The position numbers and the translations under genes are program-made. This document shows positions 50,343-57,916 of a stretch of DNA of 60,310 nucleotides, piece by piece (within the stretch, counting starts at the first letter, position 1; each line of letters starts with the position of its first letter). The notes under the pieces are model-generated. The model saw nothing but the letters and a program-made list of their open reading frames with translations, was not told the DNA's origin and made no database searches. The stretch is taken from positions 1-60,310 of the forward strand of contig JAKADZ010000004.1 of assembly GCA_021818475.1 (NCBI GenBank). The letters are read 5' to 3'. The stretch comes from Nanobdellota archaeon (lineage in GTDB: Archaea > Nanobdellota > Nanobdellia > Pacearchaeales > GW2011-AR1).

Positions 50343-51178
50343 GAAACACTTTTTATTTAACAGGCAATAAGCGCGGAGATATTCCAATAACAATTCTTGT
50401 AATCGGAGTTATACTGGTGTGCGGGGTGGCTTTATTCAGTTTTTTTTTCTCGACAATACAGATGAGAAATAATTTTTCAGGAATAGGGATGGTTGAACAA
50501 TTAGATTCACAAATAGAAGAAAATGCATTTTACGGAACTTCCCCCGGAGTTCTTTCCGGGAATATAAATACTGCAATTAATTTTGCAAAAAATAACCGCG
50601 TTGGCAATCGGATATGCGACTGTGGAAACAGCTGTAATGATTATGCAACTTGGCTTTCTCAAGCTGCCTCTGAAAACGGAATTCCTGATCCAATATTACT
50701 ACTTTCCTTGATGATGCAGGAATCAGACTGCACTTTAAATGCCTTCAGCGGGAGTTCTGTTGGATTAATGCAGATAAATCTTGCCAATTGCGGAAATTAC
50801 GGGCTTCCTTCAAATCAGGATGACTGCAAAAAACAACTTCTGGAAAATCCACAATTAAATATTGAAGTCGGGGCAAAAATACTGAAAGAAAAATATGACG
50901 CTTACAAAAATGGAAAAGTTTTCAATGGCTGCTCTAATCGTGGAATTACCTATACAGAATGGGATGCTGCTTTGCGAGGATATAACGGATGGGGATGCGG
51001 ATATGATTCGAGCGGAAATCCAATTACTTCGCAGGATAGTTATGTTGAAGAGGTAGATCAAAGGTATGATGCATTGAAAAATGTCGGCAGTTATCTTGAA
51101 TCTGACAGGACGGTTGGAATCTTATGGTGGGCAAAAAAAAGTCTTTCATTCTCGGTGGAATATAAAGGCAGTCCATAA
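50339..51178 (+). CDS. pilin-like protein fused to a lytic transglycosylase (SLT/GH23) domain
   Basis: KRG|DIPITILVI; LMMQES, GLMQI, NPQLNIEVGAKIL, ALRGYNG. Confidence 0.85.
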   Translation: MRNTFYLTGNKRGDIPITILVIGVILVCGVALFSFFFSTIQMRNNFSGIGMVEQLDSQIEENAFYGTSPGVLSGNINTAINFAKNNRVGNRICDCGNSCNDYATWLSQAASENGIPDPILLLSLMMQESDCTLNAFSGSSVGLMQINLANCGNYGLPSNQDDCKKQLLENPQLNIEVGAKILKEKYDAYKNGKVFNGCSNRGITYTEWDAALRGYNGWGCGYDSSGNPITSQDSYVEEVDQRYDALKNVGSYLESDRTVGILWWAKKSLSFSVEYKGSP

Positions 51179-51212
51179 AAACATTTTTAAATAAAATAAT
51201 CCTGTTTATAAT

Positions 51213-51641
51213 ATGATGAATAAGAAAGGTGAAAATGGGAAATTTTCCCATTGCAGTTTTTTTCCAAAAAACAGCAGAGGTCAGGAATTAAGTACTAATA
51301 CAATTATTTTGATAATTCTTGGTGTTGCAGTATTAGTGATTTTAGTCATAGGATTTAGCATCGGCTGGACTAAGGTTCTTCCATTCCTTTCAAATAATAA
51401 TGTTGATACTGTTGTAAACCAATGCGCAGCTGCATGCACCACCAGTGATACCTACGGATATTGTACTATGATGAGAACTTTAAATGCAGAAGATTTACCT
51501 AATGATGCAAGTGGAAAGGTCCAGAAATCTGTGTCAAACACCTGCAACTTTTTTTCAACCGATTCAAATTATTTAAAGTATAATGTTGGAAAATGTCCGG
51601 GTTTATGCCCAACTCAAACCGGAACAACTACAACTCCTTAA
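51213..51641 (+). CDS. pilin-like protein
   Basis: SRG|QELSTNTIILIILGVAVLVIL; Cys-rich. Confidence 0.82.
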   Translation: MMNKKGENGKFSHCSFFPKNSRGQELSTNTIILIILGVAVLVILVIGFSIGWTKVLPFLSNNNVDTVVNQCAAACTTSDTYGYCTMMRTLNAEDLPNDASGKVQKSVSNTCNFFSTDSNYLKYNVGKCPGLCPTQTGTTTTP

Positions 51642-51665
51642 ATAAATTTTTCTTTATTATAAATA

Positions 51666-51779
51666 ATGGATTACGGATTTTCTGATAAAAGAAATAAGAA
51701 AAAAAATAAGAAGCACGAGAAGAAAAAACATCCTTATCAGACCGGCGGAAAATTCAGAAGCACTAAAGTTAAGGGATAA
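51666..51779 (+). CDS. small basic protein (37 aa, not in ORF track)
   Basis: MDYGFSDKRNKKKNKKHEKKKHPYQTGGKFRSTKVKG; fills the intergenic gap. Confidence 0.45.
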   Translation: MDYGFSDKRNKKKNKKHEKKKHPYQTGGKFRSTKVKG

Positions 51780-51810
51780 CTTTTATTAACCTAAAGTAAT
51801 ATTTTTAATA

Positions 51811-54036
51811 ATGAAAAAAGAGGTTATATTATTTTTATTTGCTTTTGTTTTAATCTCGTCTATATTATTTATTTCCAGTCAAAATTCTGATTCCTCTTCG
51901 ACAAGTGAGTGGCTTATGTTTGGAAGAACTTTAGGTCATAGCGGATGGGATGGGAATAATTTTTCAACAATTCTCGGAAAAAATAATATAAATTTTACCA
52001 CCTCTAACACAGTTACCTCTTCTATTATTATAAATGGCAATCTTTATGTTAGTGCAGGAGGGGATTTGTACCAGTTAAATGCTTCAGATATCTCCCAGCA
52101 AATTGCAACTTATAATTTAAGCGGATATACTTTTACTTCTCCTGTAGTTATAGATAATTATCTTTATGTTGGGGCTACCAGCGGAGGAGTTGGAGGAATT
52201 TTATTACAGTTAAATGCTTCAGATATCTCCCAGCAAATTGCTAACTATAGCACTCCAAATAATATCCCTTATCCTCCTGTAATAATAAATAATTCTCTTT
52301 TTGTTGGTGATTCTAATAATGTCGTTGGGAATTTATACCAGTTAAATGCTTCAAATATCTCTCAGCAGATTAATAATTATTCTATCGGTCCAATTAGAAG
52401 TTCTCCGGCAATTGCCGATGGATACATTTATGTTTCCGGAGGAATATATTCGGGAAAAGGCGGAGGAATAAATTATCTTTATCAGTTAAATGCTTCAAAT
52501 ATCTCCCAGCAGATTAACTATTACAATTCCCTTTCTGCAAATATCGCTTCTTCTCCTGCAGTTGCAAACGGTTATGTTTATGTCGGAGATGATGTGAATC
52601 ATTTTTATCAGTTAAATGCTTCAAACATTTCACAACAGATTTCTACTTTTGTAAGTTCAAAAACAACTTCTACTTCTCCTGCAGTTGCAAACGGTTATGT
52701 TTATGTCTCTATTTATACTTCTGCTGACGGAACCTTGGAGATTGACCAATTAAACGCTTCAAATATCTCTCAACAAATTGCAAATTTTGTTCCTTTGGGA
52801 GGAGGAAGTGATGCTCAAGTCTCTGCGACAAATAATAATATTTATTTCGGAACTACAATTGGAGGAGGATTGGGAGGAGTTATTTATCAGTTGAATGCTT
52901 CAAATATCTCTCAACAAATTAGCAATCTTTCTACTCCTGTCGGGACTTTTGTTTCTTCTTCACCTGCAATTACAAAAGATTATGTTTATATGGGGATGGG
53001 AGATATAGTGTACCAATTAAATGCAACTGACCTCGGTCTGCAAAATGTTTGTTTTGAATCCTGGAGTTGTTCTGCCTGGTCAGATTGTTCCGGGGGAATC
53101 CAGACGAGAAGTTGCAGCGACGCAAATGCATGCGGAACAACTGCAAGCAAACCTACAGAAACTCAAACCTGTTCTACCGGGGGACATTTGGCTCCGCAAC
53201 CACAACCACAGCCCTCCGGAGGAGGCGGAGGAAGTGTTACAATTTACAGACCAATTGTTAATGTAAGTTCTGCCGCACCTGTTCAGATTACTATCAACAG
53301 CACAAAAATGGATTTGACAGGAATAACTTTAAGCCTGAAAAAATCTGTTGAAAATGCATCAATGAATATCACAAAAGTTGACCAGACTGAATTTTTGTTA
53401 TTCGGGCTTCCGATTGGAAAATTATATCAGTTATTTCAGATTGAACCGACAGGAATTGTATCAAGCGATATTTTGAATGCAACTTTGGATTTCAGAATAA
53501 ACAAAACTTTTTTAGCAGAAAATAATATTACTTTCCATCACAGAGACAACAGATACTGGCTTGTTCAAAATGATATCGTCGGAAATATTGCAGTTTACAG
53601 AATGCCGACAGGAAGCAATGGCTGGATGCAATTAGCAACAAATTATACAGGCGAAGATAATGAGTCATATTTATTCAAAGCGTATACTCCCGGATTTTCC
53701 ACCTTCGCAATTTTTTTCAACAAATATGACTGCCTTCCAAATTCAGCAAGATGCTCTGAAGATGAAGTTCAGTTATGCCTTGGAAATGCAACGTGGCTTG
53801 TAACTGACCATTGCGCAGACACATGCGACAACGGAAAATGCACAGTTTCTTTCTACAAATCAGGACAGTTCAAATTTTTAATAGGAACAATTCTTACAGG
53901 AATTTTTGCAATTGTTTTAATCAGAGTTATTCATAATCGAAGAAAGAAGATTAAGAAGGAATTGACAAGAAAAGAAAGAAGAGAGATAAGGAAAAATAAA
54001 AGGAAAATCAGAAGGGAGATCAGGAAGAAAAAATAA
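51811..54036 (+). CDS. cell-surface protein: PQQ-like beta-propeller, TSP1-like Cys domain, PGF-pre-PGF-like domain, TM anchor
   Basis: Signal peptide; 8 YQLNASxISQQI-type repeats; WSCSAWSDC..QTRSC; TPGFSTFAI; TM plus basic tail. Confidence 0.85.
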   Translation: MKKEVILFLFAFVLISSILFISSQNSDSSSTSEWLMFGRTLGHSGWDGNNFSTILGKNNINFTTSNTVTSSIIINGNLYVSAGGDLYQLNASDISQQIATYNLSGYTFTSPVVIDNYLYVGATSGGVGGILLQLNASDISQQIANYSTPNNIPYPPVIINNSLFVGDSNNVVGNLYQLNASNISQQINNYSIGPIRSSPAIADGYIYVSGGIYSGKGGGINYLYQLNASNISQQINYYNSLSANIASSPAVANGYVYVGDDVNHFYQLNASNISQQISTFVSSKTTSTSPAVANGYVYVSIYTSADGTLEIDQLNASNISQQIANFVPLGGGSDAQVSATNNNIYFGTTIGGGLGGVIYQLNASNISQQISNLSTPVGTFVSSSPAITKDYVYMGMGDIVYQLNATDLGLQNVCFESWSCSAWSDCSGGIQTRSCSDANACGTTASKPTETQTCSTGGHLAPQPQPQPSGGGGGSVTIYRPIVNVSSAAPVQITINSTKMDLTGITLSLKKSVENASMNITKVDQTEFLLFGLPIGKLYQLFQIEPTGIVSSDILNATLDFRINKTFLAENNITFHHRDNRYWLVQNDIVGNIAVYRMPTGSNGWMQLATNYTGEDNESYLFKAYTPGFSTFAIFFNKYDCLPNSARCSEDEVQLCLGNATWLVTDHCADTCDNGKCTVSFYKSGQFKFLIGTILTGIFAIVLIRVIHNRRKKIKKELTRKERREIRKNKRKIRREIRKKK

Positions 54037-54090
54037 TTCAGAAAATTTTCTTAACCTATAATTTATAAAAGATAATTTCTTTTTTTTAAG

Positions 54091-54942
54091 ATGTATGAGG
54101 TGATTTTTTTGTGGGCACTTGCTTTAGTCTGGATTCTCTTCGCTGTTTTTCAGGACCTTAAAACAAGGGAGATTGCAAATTGGATTAGCTTTTCAATGAT
54201 AATTTTTGCGTTGGGTTTTAGATTTTTTTATTCCCTTTTCAATAATCTTAATTTTTCATTTTTTTATCAGGGGCTTATAGGGTTGGGAATTTTTTTTGTA
54301 TTGGGAAATCTTTTTTATTACAGTAAAATTTTTGCAGGGGGGGATGCCAAATTAATGATTGCTTTAGGGACTATTCTTCCAATTTATTCCACATTCCTCG
54401 CTAATGTTTCGCTTTTCTTTAACTTTCTTCTGATCTTTTTGATTGCAGGTTTTATTTACATCTTGATTTCAAGCATTATATTAAGCGTGAAAAATTTTAA
54501 ATCATTTAAGAAAGAATTTGCACGACAGCTTAAGAAGAATAAGAATCTTATGGTGATTATCTTTTTTACAGGTTTAATCTTTTTATTCTTAAGTTTCTTC
54601 TCAGATGTTTTCCTTCTTTTTGGGGCATTGATAATTTTTTCATATTTTCTTTATCTTTATTCAAAGACAGTTGACGAGTCCTGCATGATAAGGCAAATCC
54701 ACACTGAACATCTTAGAGAAGGAGACTGGCTTTATTCTGATCTGAAGGCAGGAAAAAAATTGATAAAAGCCAATTGGGATGGGCTTACGTTGACTGACAT
54801 TAAACTGATAAGAAAGAAATTCAAGAAGATAAAAATCAGGCAGGGAATTCCTTTTTCCCCCAATTTTTTAATAAGCCTGATAATTTTAATTATTTTTACC
54901 CTGTTAAATTTTCATTTAGGGAATTCTCTTTGGCAGCCATAA
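54091..54942 (+). CDS. prepilin peptidase (A24 family)
   Basis: QDLKTREI and GGDAKL aspartates; LREGD; IPFSP. Confidence 0.9.
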   Translation: MYEVIFLWALALVWILFAVFQDLKTREIANWISFSMIIFALGFRFFYSLFNNLNFSFFYQGLIGLGIFFVLGNLFYYSKIFAGGDAKLMIALGTILPIYSTFLANVSLFFNFLLIFLIAGFIYILISSIILSVKNFKSFKKEFARQLKKNKNLMVIIFFTGLIFLFLSFFSDVFLLFGALIIFSYFLYLYSKTVDESCMIRQIHTEHLREGDWLYSDLKAGKKLIKANWDGLTLTDIKLIRKKFKKIKIRQGIPFSPNFLISLIILIIFTLLNFHLGNSLWQP

Positions 54943-55521
54943 CTTTTCCTTAATTTCTTCAATCTCCGGTTTTTTCTCTTCCTGAACGGGTTTTTTTTCA
55001 AGTTCTTCCCTAACCATTTCTAACTCTTCGATTGTCGCTTTTCTCCTTTCGGAATCCAAACTTTCATCAGAATACACGGGGAGCAAGGTTATTGAGCCGT
55101 GCCCGAATAATTTTGATTCTGACATTTTGATTTTTTTTGGTTTTAATCTTTCCTGCAGAATTGCTGAAATTTTTTTTACAAGGCCTGATGCTTTATCTAA
55201 ATCATCCCCATGATTTTTCAGAACAATTAAAGTCTGCCCCTTTGAGATAGGGTTTATATCCAAAACTGCAACTGCATTTTCATCTTCCCCAATTTTTACT
55301 GACTTTATACTTTCAGATATAATTGAGCAGAAAACACAATTGCTTTCCTGCTGCATATCTTCCTGAACTATGTTATTCCTTTCCAGAAATTTTTCAAGTT
55401 CTTCGGAATTCATGGATTCAATCTGCTGTCTGGCAGCGGCAATTTTTTCTGCAGGGAAAGTTGATTCAATCTGTGCAATAATCTTTTCTTTAATCTCTTT
55501 AGCTTCTTCTTCTGAAAACAT
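54916..55521 (-). CDS. HIT-fold protein with degenerate histidine triad
   Basis: CVFCSI, AVLDINPISKGQTLI; triad region reads GHGSITLLPV. Confidence 0.75.
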   Translation of the reverse strand: MFSEEEAKEIKEKIIAQIESTFPAEKIAAARQQIESMNSEELEKFLERNNIVQEDMQQESNCVFCSIISESIKSVKIGEDENAVAVLDINPISKGQTLIVLKNHGDDLDKASGLVKKISAILQERLKPKKIKMSESKLFGHGSITLLPVYSDESLDSERRKATIEELEMVREELEKKPVQEEKKPEIEEIKEKLWLPKRIP

Positions 55522-55551
55522 GTTAAATAAAAAGAATCAGATTTTTTATAT

Positions 55552-55830
55552 TTATATCTTATAATTTGCCTTTAAATAATCAGCAAGTTCCCTTATTGTT
55601 TTTACCCGGTGCATTTTTGGGTCATCTTCCGGAATGTTTAAATCAAACCGGCTTTCAATTCCGAAAATTAATTCATACTGGTCAAGACTGTCCATCCCCA
55701 AATCTTCCCTAAGATCCGTCTCGGGAGTTATCTCTTTGTCTGGAGTAAGTTCTAAAGATTCTCTTACTATTTTTTCAAGATTCCAAAAAATTTCTTTATC
55801 GTCCATTTTATCCAAATGCTCTGCTCCCAC
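55552..55830 (-). CDS. acpP: acyl carrier protein; start uncertain
   Basis: ITPETDLREDLGMDSLD..EL...IE..F...I; acidic, about 85 aa. Confidence 0.85.
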   Translation of the reverse strand: MGAEHLDKMDDKEIFWNLEKIVRESLELTPDKEITPETDLREDLGMDSLDQYELIFGIESRFDLNIPEDDPKMHRVKTIRELADYLKANYKI

Positions 55831-55862
55831 TCGCTGATAAAATATTATCCCATTTCTGTTTA

Positions 55863-56135
55863 TCAGCCGAATGCCCTTCGCATATCAATAACCTGAACAG
55901 AACTGATTTCTTCTAATTTGCCCATAGATTCTTCAAGGTTTTCTAATTCTTTTTCTTCAGGCCAGGCGAAGAATACTATTAATGCTTCAAGTCCGAATGC
56001 AATCGGTTCTGTTTCAATAGTACAATTTTTTCCGCCCTGCTCTTCAACCATATTTTTAATGGTTTCTTTGAGCCTTTCCAAATCTATTTCCGGTGAGGTA
56101 GGCAAAACCTTTATTTTTACTGCTGCTATTCCCAT
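55863..56135 (-). CDS. ef1b: translation elongation factor 1-beta
   Basis: KIKVLPTSPEIDL, EPIAFGL. Confidence 0.92.
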   Translation of the reverse strand: MGIAAVKIKVLPTSPEIDLERLKETIKNMVEEQGGKNCTIETEPIAFGLEALIVFFAWPEEKELENLEESMGKLEEISSVQVIDMRRAFG

Positions 56136-56175
56136 AAAGTATGAAGCAAGAAAGGTTTTATAAGGCTTACGATTA

Positions 56176-56488
56176 GGTTTCTTTTAACAAAAGCTCACTT
56201 CGTTCACTTTAATTCGTCATAATCAAATTAAAGAAACTATAATGGTAGAAAATGGGGTTCTTTGAAAAAAGAACCTACAGTGGTAGAAACAGGGAAAAGA
56301 AAGATTGAAGTTGTGTTCTTTGAACAGCTGGTTTCTTTTAACAAAAGCTCACTTTCCTCGAGCCTTCACTTGTTGCTGTTAAATTTCTTTCCGGCACTCG
56401 TGAAAACTCTCTGCTCGAGCCTTCACTTGTTGCTGTTAAATTTCTTTCCGGCACTCGTGAAAACTCTCGCGTTCCCTTTAATTCGTCA
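56176..56488. repeat. duplicated 44-bp site, second copy filled by two tandem 57-bp D units
   Basis: Empty 56176-56219; filled 56330-56488; D units start at 56357 and 56414. Confidence 0.85.
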
Positions 56489-56558
56489 GAGCCAAATAAG
56501 ACCTGAAACAAAAATATCCTTTTTTTATGAAAATACTTAAAAACATATCTGAATTTTT

Positions 56559-57512
56559 TTGAAGATGGTGATAGATAATTATATGAGAATAATAGAAAAG
56601 ATTTCTAAAATTTCGGGAATTGATAAAGAGGAAATTGAAAGGAAAATTGAGGCAAAAAGAGCTAAACTCTCCGGGCTTATAAGCAAAGAAGGCGCAGCGC
56701 AGGTTGTTGCTGCAGAACTTGGGATTTCTTTTGATAATGAAAAATTGAAAATTGAGGAACTTCTTCCAGGAATGAGAAAAGTAAATGTGGTAGGAAAAGT
56801 GACAAAAATTTTTCCAACAAGAACATTCAAAACTAAAACAGGGGAAGACGGGAAAGTTGCGAATATGTTCATTGCGGATGAAACTTCAAATATAAAAGTT
56901 GTTTTATGGGACACCAATGCAATTGCCCTTCTTGACACAGGGAAAGTTGCTGAAGGAAGCACTATAGAAATTTTAAACGGGAGCATGAGGGATAATGAGA
57001 TTCATCTCGGGAGTTTTTCAGAGATAAAACCAACAGAACAAATCCTTGGAGAAGTCAAGACAGGAAAGACTTTCAGAGAGAAGCCAATTTCTGAACTTAA
57101 AAATTCTGATAATGCAATTGTACGGGCATTTATTGTTCAGTCCTTTGAACCCAGATTTTTTTATGTCTGCCCTAACTGCAGGAAAAAAGCAAATCAGGAA
57201 GACGGAGGATTTTTCTGTCCTGATCATGGGAAAGTTGCTGCTGAAAAAAGAGCTTTGATGAATATAATAATTGATGACGGAACTGAAACTATAAGAACTG
57301 TCGCTTTCCACGATACTCTTCGTGATCTTGGTTTTGTTAACTTAGAAGATTTTACTGAAATTTCAAAACAAAGAGAAAATATCATGGGAAAAGAAATGAT
57401 TTTTCAGGGGAATGTCAGAAGCAACAAATTATTCAATACTCCCGAATTCATTGTAGAAAAAATTGAAGAGGTTAATCCTGATTTGCTGATTGCACAGCTT
57501 GAAAATAACTGA
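56559..57512 (+). CDS. rpa: replication protein A / OB-fold ssDNA-binding protein with Zn finger
   Basis: IADETSNIKVVLWD, CPNC...CPDH, IIDDGTETIR. Confidence 0.85.
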   Translation: MKMVIDNYMRIIEKISKISGIDKEEIERKIEAKRAKLSGLISKEGAAQVVAAELGISFDNEKLKIEELLPGMRKVNVVGKVTKIFPTRTFKTKTGEDGKVANMFIADETSNIKVVLWDTNAIALLDTGKVAEGSTIEILNGSMRDNEIHLGSFSEIKPTEQILGEVKTGKTFREKPISELKNSDNAIVRAFIVQSFEPRFFYVCPNCRKKANQEDGGFFCPDHGKVAAEKRALMNIIIDDGTETIRTVAFHDTLRDLGFVNLEDFTEISKQRENIMGKEMIFQGNVRSNKLFNTPEFIVEKIEEVNPDLLIAQLENN

Positions 57513-57560
57513 TTTTATTTTAATCTAACTTTAAACTTGCAGAATGATAAATGGGGAAGA

Positions 57561-57742
57561 GAATTTTGTTCCCGCCCTCCCGCCCTCAAACGCCTTCGGC
57601 GTTTGCAAATAGCAAAAATTTCTTTCAGAAATTTTTGGATATGAATTGCTCCACCTCGGACTCTGTCACGATGCTTCGCTAAAAATCTGTTATGGAGAAA
57701 AATTTAACGCAAAGTTCAACAGTTCAGAAAAGAGGTGATAAA
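57561..57742. repeat. fused elements B + C
   Basis: CCCGCCCTCCCGCCC-T-CAAACGCCTTCGGCGTTTG, then AAAAATTTCTTTCAGAAATTTTT...AAAAGAGGTGATAA. Confidence 0.8.
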
Positions 57743-57916
57743 TAGGTTTCTTTGAGGAAGAAAGTAAATTGGAAAAATTTCCATTCATTCGTCAAGAAAC
57801 AAATGAAAGAAACTATAATGATAGAAAGGGGAAAGAGAAATGAGAAAGAAAATAATATAATTTTATACTAATCTTTAAAAATTCTTTTTTCCTTTAATCA
57901 TAAAGGGTTAAAGAGG

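Noticed and set aside
56262-56540. 92-aa ORF with an internal repeat
   Set aside because: Translation of the tandem 57-bp D units; TTG start; no other support
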